64,000 bases of DNA from Vulcanimicrobiota bacterium (lineage in GTDB: Bacteria; Vulcanimicrobiota; Vulcanimicrobiia; Vulcanimicrobiales; Vulcanimicrobiaceae), in contig PLAE01000249.1 of assembly GCA_003134035.1 (NCBI GenBank), positions 2,964 through 66,963 on the forward strand. Direction: 5' to 3'. This document shows, in pieces, positions 9,149 to 18,952 of the stretch; positions within the stretch are counted from its first letter, which is position 1; the number at the start of each line of letters is the position of its first letter. The notes under the pieces were generated by a model. It saw only the letters and a program-made list of their open reading frames with translations, ran no database searches and was not told the DNA's origin. Both the position numbers and the translations under genes were made by a program.

Positions 9149-9442
9149 ATGGCGTATAGCAACGAAGATATCGATGATGCCATCGAGCGGATCGCCGGCG
9201 ATGTCGCGCGCCGCTTCGACATCCCAGAGTTTCATGGGCCCGCGATGGCGGCGCTCGTCGACGATCTGCGGCATATGGAGGCGGCACGCCGCGGCGGCGA
9301 CACGGCCGCGGCGGCGGCGAGCGCGACTGCCGCCCAGCCGGAACTCGAACGCTACCGGCCGACCAACGCGACCTCACGTTCGAAAGCCGTGCTGTCCGAG
9401 CTCGTCGCCGAGATCACCGGCCCCCAGGGACATGCCACGTAG
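9149..9442 (+). CDS. Hypothetical small acidic protein
   Basis: 97-codon ORF directly downstream of prk, with an Ala-rich centre. No family recognised and no clear SD. Confidence 0.35.
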   Translation: MAYSNEDIDDAIERIAGDVARRFDIPEFHGPAMAALVDDLRHMEAARRGGDTAAAAASATAAQPELERYRPTNATSRSKAVLSELVAEITGPQGHAT

Positions 9443-9474
9443 CTGCTTTCCATGTCTGGCTAGCGACGAACGCA

Positions 9475-10947
9475 TCACGCGGCGAGCGGCGCGATCTCGC
9501 GCCGGCGCCAAACAAGCCGATAGTACGAAGTTTGGCAGATCAAGCCGGCGATGAACGCGGCCGGATACGCTAGCCACACGCCGGTCAAACCAAGCCGCGT
9601 GTGCTGCGAGAGAACATAGGCGACGGGTACTTCAATGCCCCAAATCGAGAAGATCGAGATCAGCGTCGGCCAAAGGACGGCGCCGCTCGATCGCATCACG
9701 CCCGAGAGCACGGTGTTGTTGCCGAAGATGACGTAACTCCAGAGCGTGATCGTGAGCAGGCCATGCGCCACCGCCAGCGTGTGCGCGTCGCGGACAAAAA
9801 CGCTCAGCAGCGCGGAATCAAAGCTGTACGAGAGCACGATGAGTACGCCGCCAATGATGTAGTTGAGCGCGACGCCGGAGCGCACAATGCTCGAAAGCCG
9901 ATCGGAGCGCCGCGCACCGATCGATTGGGCGCCGAAAATCGAGGAGGCGATGCCGATGCTCAATGCGGGGAACTGCACGTAACTGACGATTTGATTGACC
10001 GCGCCGTACGCCGCGGTCGCCGTCGAGCCGAAGCGGTTGACGAAGGCGATCACGGCGATTTCCGCCAGCGACACCATGATGAACTGCACGCCGGTCGGCA
10101 GCCCGATGCGCAACACCGCGCGCAGAATCAAGGGTTGGAGCCGCATGACGCGCAGCATCTTCCCATCGAGTGCCAGCGGATCGCGCCGTCGCTGCAGGAC
10201 GACGAGCATGCCCGCCAGCCCAATGAACGTTGAGATAATCGAGGCGATCGCTGCGCTCGCGACGCCGAGCTGCGGCAGACCGAGCCAGCCGCGGATAAAC
10301 GCCGGCGTCAAGACGATGCCCACTAGCGTGCTGACGATCAAAAAATAGAATGGCGTACGTGAATCGCCGACCCCGCGCAGGAATGTCGTGTACGCAAGAT
10401 AGACGAACAGCAGCGGGAGCGCGAAGAACGTAATCTTCGCGTATGCCACTGCCAGATCGAAGACGTCGCTTGGAGTGCCGATCAGCCGCAGGATCGGCTC
10501 GGTAGCGAGGCCGCCGGCGATCCCGGCGACGACGCCCAGCACGAGCGCGGCGCTGATGGTGGTTCCGGCGACGGCGCGCACCCGCTCGGTGTCGCCGGCG
10601 CCGTAGGCTTGTCCGATGAGCACGGTGCTGCCGTTCGACATGCCGATTAAAAACGAGATCAGCAGAAACTGAACCGGGAAGAACGCCGAAACGGCAGCGA
10701 GTGCTTTGACGCCGATGAGCTGCCCGAGATAGATGCTGGTGAACGTTGCCGAAGCGGACTGCAGCACGTTGCTGAGCATCAGCGGGATCAGAAAGACGAG
10801 CATCGCGCGCCAAATCGGCTGGTTGTCGTCGATGACCGCTCGGCGCTGCACCAAGTCCAGGTTCCCACCGAGCGCCCGGCTCACCCGTGTCGGGGGCGAC
10901 GCCCTCCTCGCTGTGGGAGCGCCTCCGGCGAGGAGCGAAGTTGACAC
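9475..10947 (-). CDS. MATE family efflux transporter
   Basis: About 12 hydrophobic segments and a typical MATE N-terminus ('LIPLMLSNVLQSASATFTSIYLGQLG'-type). The GTG 10947 start lies only 17 nt from the tRNA. Alternative starts are TTG 10854 and GTG 10851. Confidence 0.85.
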   Translation of the reverse strand: MSTSLLAGGAPTARRASPPTRVSRALGGNLDLVQRRAVIDDNQPIWRAMLVFLIPLMLSNVLQSASATFTSIYLGQLIGVKALAAVSAFFPVQFLLISFLIGMSNGSTVLIGQAYGAGDTERVRAVAGTTISAALVLGVVAGIAGGLATEPILRLIGTPSDVFDLAVAYAKITFFALPLLFVYLAYTTFLRGVGDSRTPFYFLIVSTLVGIVLTPAFIRGWLGLPQLGVASAAIASIISTFIGLAGMLVVLQRRRDPLALDGKMLRVMRLQPLILRAVLRIGLPTGVQFIMVSLAEIAVIAFVNRFGSTATAAYGAVNQIVSYVQFPALSIGIASSIFGAQSIGARRSDRLSSIVRSGVALNYIIGGVLIVLSYSFDSALLSVFVRDAHTLAVAHGLLTITLWSYVIFGNNTVLSGVMRSSGAVLWPTLISIFSIWGIEVPVAYVLSQHTRLGLTGVWLAYPAAFIAGLICQTSYYRLVWRRREIAPLAA

Positions 10948-10963
10948 GGCGCCGGTGCGCGGC

Positions 10964-11036
10964 GGGCGATTAGCTCAGCTGGGAGAGCAGGTCCTTTACA
11001 CGGACAAGGTCGGCGGTTCGAGCCCGTCATCGCCCA
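10964..11036 (+). tRNA. tRNA-Val (anticodon TAC)
   Basis: Hand-folded cloverleaf. Acceptor GGGCGAT/ATCGCCC, D-arm GCTC/GAGC, anticodon loop TTTACAC, T-arm GGCGG-TTCGAGC-CCGTC, discriminator A. CCA is not encoded. Confidence 0.9.
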
Positions 11037-11057
11037 GGTCTGCATGCCTGGTAAAAA

Positions 11058-11867
11058 TTAAAGACCGCCATTCGGCATCGGCTGGCTGATCGTGAATATC
11101 GCGCCGGCGGGGCAGGCGATCACGGCGCGCCGCAGGGGCGGCGCCGCGAATGGCGGCTTTACCACGCTGCCGCCGCTCTTTGCGACGCGTTCGACTGCCG
11201 CATCGACATCGTCGATCCAGAAATCGACCGACCAGTTATCCGCGTGGAGGGAGTCATCAGCCACGGCAAGGGCGACGACGTCGCGCGGAACGGGTTGTTG
11301 CGCAAGCCCGCCGACATAGCCCGGTAGTCGCAGCAACGCTCCTGGCGCACCGCCCAGCGCGAACGGCTGGGCGTCCCAGCCGAAAACGGTCGAGTAGAAC
11401 GGCAGGGCCGCTTCGAGGCTTCGCGTTCGGATCGAACTCATCGCCCAGGCGCTGGGCTCGTTGATGCGCTGCGCGCCCGGACGGCTTCCAGGTTCCCAGA
11501 GTCCGAACGTAGCCCCGGTCGGCGCCGCGACGATCGCGAGTCGTCCCGCCGGCGGCGCGTCGAGTGGCGCGACGATCACGTGACCGCCGGCCGCGACGAC
11601 GCGGGCCACGGTATCCTCGAGACGCTCGACACGAACGTACGTGGTCCAAGCCGGCTCGGCGACTCCGCCCGGCGGCAGCGTCGCGATGCCGGCGACGTCG
11701 TCGCCGTGCAAGCGCGCGACGTAATACTCGCCGCCCTGCGGTATCGGCCCGGGGGCGCTTGCGTCCCAACCGAAAAGCTCGTGATAGAAAGCGAGCGCCC
11801 TTAGCGGTTCGGGATGGATCGTTTCCACCCAGCACGGTACGCCGGGCGGATATGCCTGCGCGGTCAT
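11058..11867 (-). CDS. VOC (glyoxalase/bleomycin-resistance/dioxygenase) family protein, two-domain
   Basis: ORF trimmed to ATG 11867 after GGAGGA. Two repeats of the 'FY..VFGW.....' VOC pattern are present. Confidence 0.75.
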   Translation of the reverse strand: MTAQAYPPGVPCWVETIHPEPLRALAFYHELFGWDASAPGPIPQGGEYYVARLHGDDVAGIATLPPGGVAEPAWTTYVRVERLEDTVARVVAAGGHVIVAPLDAPPAGRLAIVAAPTGATFGLWEPGSRPGAQRINEPSAWAMSSIRTRSLEAALPFYSTVFGWDAQPFALGGAPGALLRLPGYVGGLAQQPVPRDVVALAVADDSLHADNWSVDFWIDDVDAAVERVAKSGGSVVKPPFAAPPLRRAVIACPAGAIFTISQPMPNGGL

Positions 11868-11957
11868 GGCCGTTCCTCCACTACTCAGGCGTGGCGACTC
11901 GGAGTCCATTCTCCAGTTCACGGCGCAAATCCGCGAACGGGGTCGGCGCACCGGTCC

Positions 11958-12347
11958 TTACGAGGGCGTCGTGGCGTACAGGAGGAGCGTTAGCCACTGG
12001 AGCGTCGCGGCCGTTTCCTTGTCGATGCGGAGTTCGACGCCGTAGACGTAGGGAGACGTCGAGCTTGCGACGAGCCGCACGACGCTTCCCTGGACCTTCA
12101 CACGGGTTGGTTCTTGGCGGCAAGGGTCGGCGGCGACTCCTGGGTCGAATGCTACGTCCACCGACGTGCCGAGTACGAGTTTCCGTTCTACACAAAGCTG
12201 AAGGCCGATACGGGATATTTCGACCACCCGCGCCGGCATGGCCGCGAAGCCGGCAACGTGATATGTTGCACGCAGGTCAAGGCCTGCTCGCGTGGCTTTT
12301 CTCCGGAGGGGGATCGGCTCTTGGTCTGGACTCGTCATCGCGTTCAC
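11958..12347 (-). CDS. PilZ domain protein (putative c-di-GMP receptor)
   Basis: 'LRRKATR' (RxxxR) followed by 'VEISRIGL' (D/NxSxxG-like), with a beta-rich remainder. Confidence 0.65.
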   Translation of the reverse strand: MNAMTSPDQEPIPLRRKATRAGLDLRATYHVAGFAAMPARVVEISRIGLQLCVERKLVLGTSVDVAFDPGVAADPCRQEPTRVKVQGSVVRLVASSTSPYVYGVELRIDKETAATLQWLTLLLYATTPS

Positions 12348-12365
12348 GCTCGCTTCAGGGACTGC

Positions 12366-12782
12366 TTACTCGTCGGTAAATGTCGGCAAAGAAAGCGCAA
12401 CACTTGAGATTGCCGGGGCCGGAACGTAACTCAACGCAGCCGCGAAGACAATCGAAGCGCTTCGCGCTCCGTCGGCGGCGACGCGCACGAGCATCGGCCG
12501 GCGCGCGCCCGGATCGTTCTCGATCAATTGCAGTTCGATCGATTCGCGCCCTGAGCGCGGCAGAACGAAGGTAACGCGAAACGGCGCGCAGACGCGGCGG
12601 GTGCAGAACGACGCAAGATAACCGGTCGGCACGTCGACGGCACGCAACCGAACCGTCTGTCCCGCCCGGCCTCGAACGTCGACGGAAAACCGGGTCACCG
12701 CTGCGGAGTCGCCGAGCTCGGTGGGCGGCGCGGGCGACCGATGCAGCGCGAGGATCAGCGAAAGCGGTAATACGGGCAACAT
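12366..12782 (-). CDS. Secreted hypothetical protein
   Basis: N-terminal signal-like 'MLPVLPLSLILALH' and a beta-rich body. No family recognised. Confidence 0.45.
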   Translation of the reverse strand: MLPVLPLSLILALHRSPAPPTELGDSAAVTRFSVDVRGRAGQTVRLRAVDVPTGYLASFCTRRVCAPFRVTFVLPRSGRESIELQLIENDPGARRPMLVRVAADGARSASIVFAAALSYVPAPAISSVALSLPTFTDE

Positions 12783-12966
12783 TGGGCTCCTCGCGCGGCG
12801 ATCGCGGACACAAACGACTCGACAATCATAAGTGATGCCGCTGGCGCGGCCGCGTAAGCCGGCTCACGAACGCCGAACTTTGCCGCGGCGCGATCGACGA
12901 AAACAAGAGCGGTCTCGCTCACCGCGCGCACAAGAAACGCTTCGGCGTCGTGCGAAGAGCAGCGGC

Positions 12967-14547
12967 GTGCACAAACCAGCCGTGGCGGTCATGTGGCTGT
13001 TCGTGGTCGCGTTATTCGGCTGCTCGCAGGCGCCGCGGCACGATCACGAACTGCGCCTGAGCCTCGCGATCGACCCCACGTCGCTCAGCCCGATCTATGC
13101 CTTCGCACAGGACCAGATCGCGCTCGATCTCTTCTGGTGCCAGACGCTCGTCGGTCTGGACGAACATGATCGCTTCCGTCCGGTCCTCATCACGCGGCTG
13201 CCGACGCTCGCGAACGGTGATATCTCCGCCGATGGCCGGCGCATCACGTATCATTTGCGGCGCGACGTTCGCTTCGCCGACGGCGTGCCGTTGACGTCGG
13301 CCGACGTCGCCTTCACGTACCGCGCAATCCTCGAGCCGGCGAACGCCGCACCATCGATCGATCAGTACCAACGCATCGCGTCCCTTACGACGCCCGACGA
13401 CCACACGGTGGTCGTTCGGCTGCGCAAGCCGTGGGGTGCGGCGGTGCACGTGCTTTTCGCGCAGGCCGATGAAGCGTACGGCATCCTGCCCAAGCACGCA
13501 TTTCGCTCGCTCAAGGTGAGCGGGTCGACGTGGGATCAGAAGCCGTTCGGCAGCGGGCCTTTTCGGGTCACGGACTGGCAGCGCGGCGACCGCATCGATC
13601 TCGCGCCCAATCCGTATTTCTCGCCCGCGCCCAAACTGCGCCGCATCCTCGTGCGCATCGTGCCGAATCAGACGACGGCGTTCGGCGCTTTGCAGACGCA
13701 CGAAGTCGACGTCGCCACGCTCACTCCGGATAACCTTGCGCAAGCCCAAGCCATTCCCGGGCTGCGCATCGCGCGAACCGCTGAGAACGGGCTCGAGGGA
13801 CTCTATCTGCAAACCCGTGCCGCGCCGACGGACGACGTCCACGTTCGGCGCGCCATTGCCTTCGCGCTGGACCGCACGGCCCTGAGCAATGCCTGGCGCG
13901 GCGTCTTTCCACTCGCCCCGTCTGTTTTTCCGCCCCCGATCGTCAGCTGGCCGGCCCCGGCCGAAACGTATCGGCACGATGTTCGTCAAGCTCAACGCGA
14001 GCTCGACGCTGCTGGGTGGCGGCTGCGCGGGAAGACGCGCGTCAAAGACGGCGTGCCGCTGACGCTGCTCGTCGTCGCCAGTACCCAGAGCCCAATCCTG
14101 GGTCGGATTGCCGTCGTCGCGCAGCAGCAGCTTGCCGCACTGGGCGCCGACGTCACGATCAAAACTTACACGCCGGCACTCATGGCGGCGCCCGACGGTC
14201 CCCAGCGGACCGGCCGTTTCTCCGTGCTGATCGGTTCGTTCATCGGCGGATCCGATCCCGAAGCCTCGCTCAACCTCGACTGCGCGGATGCCCGGGCCGG
14301 CGGCGGCAATTATGCGCGGTATTGTTCGAGCCGGTTCGAGACGCTGTTCGCCGACCAACTCGCAGCATCGACGCAAGCGCGACGCGACCGTGACTTCGAG
14401 GCCATCGCCAACGTCGTGCACGACGAAGTTCCGCTGATCCCGCTGTTCGATTTCGTCAATCTCGAAGGCGTCGACAGCCGGGTGACGGGATATCGCCGCG
14501 ACATGCTGCGCTTCCCGATTCACCCCGAGGATTGGGACGCCCGCTGA
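12967..14547 (+). CDS. ABC transporter substrate-binding protein, family 5 (peptide/nickel type), lipoprotein
   Basis: Lipobox 'ALFGCSQ' after GTG 12967 (alternative ATG 12991). Family-5 SBP length and motifs are present (e.g. 'DVRFADGVPLTSADVAFTY'). Confidence 0.8.
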   Translation: MHKPAVAVMWLFVVALFGCSQAPRHDHELRLSLAIDPTSLSPIYAFAQDQIALDLFWCQTLVGLDEHDRFRPVLITRLPTLANGDISADGRRITYHLRRDVRFADGVPLTSADVAFTYRAILEPANAAPSIDQYQRIASLTTPDDHTVVVRLRKPWGAAVHVLFAQADEAYGILPKHAFRSLKVSGSTWDQKPFGSGPFRVTDWQRGDRIDLAPNPYFSPAPKLRRILVRIVPNQTTAFGALQTHEVDVATLTPDNLAQAQAIPGLRIARTAENGLEGLYLQTRAAPTDDVHVRRAIAFALDRTALSNAWRGVFPLAPSVFPPPIVSWPAPAETYRHDVRQAQRELDAAGWRLRGKTRVKDGVPLTLLVVASTQSPILGRIAVVAQQQLAALGADVTIKTYTPALMAAPDGPQRTGRFSVLIGSFIGGSDPEASLNLDCADARAGGGNYARYCSSRFETLFADQLAASTQARRDRDFEAIANVVHDEVPLIPLFDFVNLEGVDSRVTGYRRDMLRFPIHPEDWDAR

Positions 14548-14683
14548 TCGAGTGCAGCTCCTCCGTTTCGCACATGGCGTGAACACAAGCGGACCTTGCT
14601 CGTACACAGAGCGGGCTCAGATGCTCCTGGCGGTAACAGCAGCGAAGGCGATATCCAATCGCTGCCGTGTGATTCCGTTCGGG

Positions 14684-15901
14684 TTACGCGTGCTGGTGAA
14701 CGAAGGCCGAGATGCGCGGCATGATCGCCTCGCGCCAGCGACGGCCATTGAAGATACCGTAGTGACCGACGCCCGGCTGCAGCAGATGATCGCGCTGCGT
14801 ATCGCGCAGTGACGAACACAGCGTCTGCGCCGCCAGCGTTTGGCCCGGTGCCGAGATATCGTCGAGTTCGCCTTCGACCGTCAGCAGCGCGGTGGAATCG
14901 ATCGCGGACAAGTCGACGCGCTCCCCGCGCCAGGTCAGCGTGCCCAGCGGCAACGAGTGGCGCTGGAAGATGTGATCGATCGTCTGCAAGTAATACTCGG
15001 CGGTGACGTCCATGACCGACAGGTATTCGTCGTAGAACGTTTGGCGCGCCGCAGCCGACTCGCCGTCACCGCGCACGAGTTCGTTGTACATCTTGATGTG
15101 GGCATCGATGTGGCGCGTCGCGTTCATCGAAATAAAGGCGCTCAGCTGCATGAAGCCGGGGTAGACGCGGCGGCCGCCGCCGGGATAATACGCCGGCACC
15201 CGGGTCGTCAGCTCGCGCTCGAACCACTCGAGCGCGTACGCTTTGGCGATCTTGGTGGGCGCGGTCGGGTGGAGCCGAGTGTCGACCGGGCCGCCCATGA
15301 GAATCATCGAGCGCGGCACGGCGGCGTCACCGTGCGCCGCCATCAGCGCGACGGCCGCCAGAACGGCGGGCGCCGGCTGGCAGACCGCCATGACATGTAC
15401 GTCGGGGCCCAGCAGCCGCAAATAGTCCATCGTGTATTCGATGTAGCTCTCGAGGTCGAACACGCCCGTCTTGAGCGGAACCTCGCGCGCGTCGACCCAG
15501 TCCGTGACGTAGACGTCGTGATCGGCGACGAGCGCCTCGACGGTGCCGCGCAGCAGGGTGGCATAGTGGCCGGACATCGGAGCGACGAGCAAGATGCGCG
15601 GTACGGCCACGGCGCGCTCGCGCGAAAAGCGCACCAAGCGGCAGAACGGGCGCTCGTCGATCACGTCCTGGGCCGCGTCGATGCCCCAGGCCGGCTTCCC
15701 GCGCCGCTTCGCGACGCTGGTGAAGACGTCGGCCGACGCGTTGATCATCCGCCCCGGCAGGGTGTACGCAAAGGGATTGAAGGGATTTCCGAACACCGCT
15801 TGGGCTGCGGCGGCCGACCAGCGCAGCGGGCTCATGGTGAGATACCCGGCGTCGTAGACTCCGTATTCGATGGTATGCCTCGATTTTGAAGAGCGGTTCA
15901 C
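14684..15901 (-). CDS. phaZ: Intracellular polyhydroxyalkanoate depolymerase
   Basis: Collinear with Cupriavidus PhaZ1 as I recall it: 'PFCRLVRF', 'APMSGHYATLLR', 'VYVTDW', 'GRRVYPGF', 'TVEGELDDIS', 'GHYGIFNGRRWRE'. Confidence 0.85.
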   Translation of the reverse strand: MNRSSKSRHTIEYGVYDAGYLTMSPLRWSAAAAQAVFGNPFNPFAYTLPGRMINASADVFTSVAKRRGKPAWGIDAAQDVIDERPFCRLVRFSRERAVAVPRILLVAPMSGHYATLLRGTVEALVADHDVYVTDWVDAREVPLKTGVFDLESYIEYTMDYLRLLGPDVHVMAVCQPAPAVLAAVALMAAHGDAAVPRSMILMGGPVDTRLHPTAPTKIAKAYALEWFERELTTRVPAYYPGGGRRVYPGFMQLSAFISMNATRHIDAHIKMYNELVRGDGESAAARQTFYDEYLSVMDVTAEYYLQTIDHIFQRHSLPLGTLTWRGERVDLSAIDSTALLTVEGELDDISAPGQTLAAQTLCSSLRDTQRDHLLQPGVGHYGIFNGRRWREAIMPRISAFVHQHA

Positions 15902-16045
15902 ACCCTAACCGCAAAGAAATGTTTTCCCGGCTGCAGCAGTTCCCTGACGAGTGGGAGCTCACTTCTATTGGTTAGGGGTGGAATTACGCGTTAATGTGTG
16001 TAGAATCCATCTACCCCATAATCGACAGTTCGGTGGAGGAAAGTT

Positions 16046-16786
16046 ATGTTTGACGGTCATGTCGCGCTGGTGACGGGTGGAACCCGAGGGATCGGTGCGG
16101 CGATTACCCGGATGCTCTCGCAAAGCGGCGCTCGGGTTGCGGCCGGGTACAGCCGCGGCACGGAGTCGGCCGAGGCGCTCGTCACGGAGCTGACCGCGGC
16201 CGGCGCGGCGGTCTCAATTCACCAGGGGCGGGTCGACGACGCCGACGATTGCAAGCGGGTCGTCAGCGAGGTACTCGAGCGTCACGGCCGGATCGACTTC
16301 CTGATCAACAATGCCGGCATCACGATTGACAAGACGATCCGCAAGATGACCACCGACGACTGGCACAAGGTCCTCAACGTGAATCTGTTCGGGGCCTTCT
16401 GCATGACCAAGGCGGTCCTCGAACATATGATCGAGCGCGGCTCGGGCCGGATCGTCAACATCAGCTCGGTCATCGGTGAGACCGGCAACGTCGGCCAAGC
16501 CAATTACGCCGCCTCGAAAGCCGGGCTGTTCGGACTCACCAAGAGTTTGGCGTTGGAGATGGCGCGGCGCGGGATTACCGTCAATGTCGTCGCGCCCGGT
16601 TTTATCGCGACGGAGATGGTCGCCGTCATCCCGGCCGCGACCCTCGATGCGATCATCGACAAAATTCCGCAGCGCCGTCTGGGCCGCCCCGAGGACGTCG
16701 CTCGGGTGGTACAGTTCCTGTGCGAGGACGAATCGTCGTACATCACGGGTGCGACCTTCAACGTCAACGGCGGATTGGACATGTGA
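16046..16786 (+). CDS. phaB: Acetoacetyl-CoA reductase / 3-oxoacyl reductase (SDR)
   Basis: GGAGGAAAG lies before ATG 16046. 'VTGGTRGIG', 'NNAG' and 'YAASKAG' are present. The phaB assignment comes from its position directly upstream of phaC. Confidence 0.8.
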   Translation: MFDGHVALVTGGTRGIGAAITRMLSQSGARVAAGYSRGTESAEALVTELTAAGAAVSIHQGRVDDADDCKRVVSEVLERHGRIDFLINNAGITIDKTIRKMTTDDWHKVLNVNLFGAFCMTKAVLEHMIERGSGRIVNISSVIGETGNVGQANYAASKAGLFGLTKSLALEMARRGITVNVVAPGFIATEMVAVIPAATLDAIIDKIPQRRLGRPEDVARVVQFLCEDESSYITGATFNVNGGLDM

Positions 16787-18510
16787 TGCTAAGCGAGACA
16801 CCGATTGCAACCGAGGAATTTGCTTACGGCCTGGATGTCGCGGGCTTGGATATGGCGTCGCTGGCGGAGTCCTTGCGCGCCGTCGTGGCCGACGCCATGA
16901 CCGACCCGGCGCGGATCACGACTTGGACGGCCGAGGTGATGCTGGCCGATCAAGCGATCGGCCTTAACATGCTGCGGCGTTTCATGCAGGAGCCGGTGAC
17001 GCCGCTAGCCGCACCGGCCGGCGGCGACAAGCGGTTTGCCGACGCGGCCTGGACCAAGAACCCGATGCTCGCGGGGATGCTCGAAGGTTACCTCGTGCGC
17101 GCGCGCGCCGCGCTCAAGCTCGTCGAGGGCTCGCGCCTTCCCGAGGCCACCCGGCGCAAGGCGAAGTTCGCGCTCACCATGCTCACCGATGCCATGGCAC
17201 CGACCAATATCCCGTGGGTCAACCCCGTGGTGGTCAAGGAAGCCATCGACACCGGCGGCGGCAGCTTGGTGCGCGGGTTGCAGAACTACGCCGACGACAT
17301 CCGCTCGAACAACGGGAAGCCGCGCCAGGTCGAGAGCAGCGGGTTCGTGCTCGGCCAGAATCTGGCGGCGACGCCGGGCCGGGTCGTCTTCCGGAACGAG
17401 CTCATCGAACTCATCGCCTACGAGCCCCAGACGGCGCAGGTCCATGCGGTGCCGCTGCTGTGCAGCCCGCCCTGGATCAATAAGTACTACATCATGGACC
17501 TTGCGCCGAAGCGCTCGTTCATCGAGTGGGCGGTTCGGCACGGCCATCAAACCTTCGCGATCAGCTACCGCAATCCGGACCCGTCCATGGCTGACTACCG
17601 GATGGACGATTACCTGGACCGCGGGCTGATGGCCGCGCTCGACGCCGTCGAATCGATCACGGGCACCAAGCAGACCAACATCGCCGCGCTGTGTCTGGGC
17701 GGTACGCTCACGCTTATCCTCATGGCCTATCTCGCCGCCAAAGGCCAAGCCGGCCGGGTCAACGCGACGACCATCACCAACACGCTGGTCGATTTCGGCG
17801 ATCCGGGCGATTTTGCGGTGTTCACCGACGAGGCGACGATCGAGCGGCTCGAACGCGGGATGAAAGAGAAAGGCTTCCTCGACTCGACCCAGATGGCCGG
17901 CACCTTCGATTGGATGCGGGCCAACGATCTGGTGTGGAGCTACGTCGTCAACAACTGGTTCATGGGCAAGCAGCCGCCGGCGTTCGACATCTTGAGTTGG
18001 AACGCCGACAGCACGCGCATGCCGGCGGCGATGCATTCGCAGTACTTGCGCACCTGCTATCTGCACAACGAGATCGTGCAGCGCGGAACGTTCATGATCG
18101 ACGGCACGCCGATCGACCTCAAGCGAATCGAAACGCCGCTCTATGTGCTGGGCGCCGAAGCCGACCATATCGCGCCCTGGCGTTCGACGTACGCGACGAT
18201 CCAGAACGTCGGCGGCGACGACCTCAAGTACACGCTCACCAACGCCGGGCACATCGCGGGGATCGTCAATCCGGTCGGCAATCCCAAAGCCTGGTACCGC
18301 ACCAAGCCGCAGGCCTCGAGCAGCGAGAACGCCGACGCTTGGTACGCCTCGTCGCAGCAGCAGACGGGAAGCTGGTGGGAAGACTGGGCGGCGTGGTCGG
18401 CCGAGCATTCGGGCAAACTCGTTACGCCGTACGATCTGCCGCCCGGCGAGAGCGCACCGGGGCGGTACGTGCGGAACGAAGACGGTCCGCCCATTCCCCT
18501 CAATGGCTGA
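16786..18510 (+). CDS. phaC: Class I poly(R)-hydroxyalkanoate synthase
   Basis: ATG 16786 (or GTG 16783) overlaps the phaB stop. 'PPWINKYYIMDL', lipase-box-like 'ALCLGGT' and 'WNADSTRMP' are present. Confidence 0.9.
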   Translation: MLSETPIATEEFAYGLDVAGLDMASLAESLRAVVADAMTDPARITTWTAEVMLADQAIGLNMLRRFMQEPVTPLAAPAGGDKRFADAAWTKNPMLAGMLEGYLVRARAALKLVEGSRLPEATRRKAKFALTMLTDAMAPTNIPWVNPVVVKEAIDTGGGSLVRGLQNYADDIRSNNGKPRQVESSGFVLGQNLAATPGRVVFRNELIELIAYEPQTAQVHAVPLLCSPPWINKYYIMDLAPKRSFIEWAVRHGHQTFAISYRNPDPSMADYRMDDYLDRGLMAALDAVESITGTKQTNIAALCLGGTLTLILMAYLAAKGQAGRVNATTITNTLVDFGDPGDFAVFTDEATIERLERGMKEKGFLDSTQMAGTFDWMRANDLVWSYVVNNWFMGKQPPAFDILSWNADSTRMPAAMHSQYLRTCYLHNEIVQRGTFMIDGTPIDLKRIETPLYVLGAEADHIAPWRSTYATIQNVGGDDLKYTLTNAGHIAGIVNPVGNPKAWYRTKPQASSSENADAWYASSQQQTGSWWEDWAAWSAEHSGKLVTPYDLPPGESAPGRYVRNEDGPPIPLNG

Positions 18511-18871
18511 AAAGCCCGATGCGCTATGGCGCAGCGGCGTCGGCGAGTTCATCAAGACGCAGCGCGAGCTGGCGAACCTCTCGCTGCGCCAGCTCGCCGA
18601 GATCGCCAAGATCTCCAACCCCTACTTGAGTCAAGTCGAGCGCGGCCTCTACAAGCCATCGGCGGACGTCCTCAAGAGCATCGCCGGGGCGCTAAAGATT
18701 TCGGCCGAAACGATGTACGCTCAGGCCGGCCTGCTCGACGAAATCGCCCCACCGCCCGGCGGCGCGGAAGGACCGGGTGTCGAGCAAGCGGTGCGCTTGG
18801 ATTCGCGGCTCTCGGTGGAGCAGAAAGAGACGTTGATCCGAGTCTATCGCGGCTTTGTCGAAAGAGCTTGA
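18503..18871 (+). CDS. XRE-family helix-turn-helix transcriptional regulator
   Basis: ATG 18503 overlaps the phaC end. The HTH is 'LSLRQLAEIAKISNPYLSQVERG'. Confidence 0.8.
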   Translation: MAEKPDALWRSGVGEFIKTQRELANLSLRQLAEIAKISNPYLSQVERGLYKPSADVLKSIAGALKISAETMYAQAGLLDEIAPPPGGAEGPGVEQAVRLDSRLSVEQKETLIRVYRGFVERA

Positions 18872-18952
18872 CAAATACAGCATCTGCTTGGTACACTTAG
18901 CACATGAGAATTTTCCGCCTCGAATAAATCGGCGGAGGAAGAGTAGAACACC

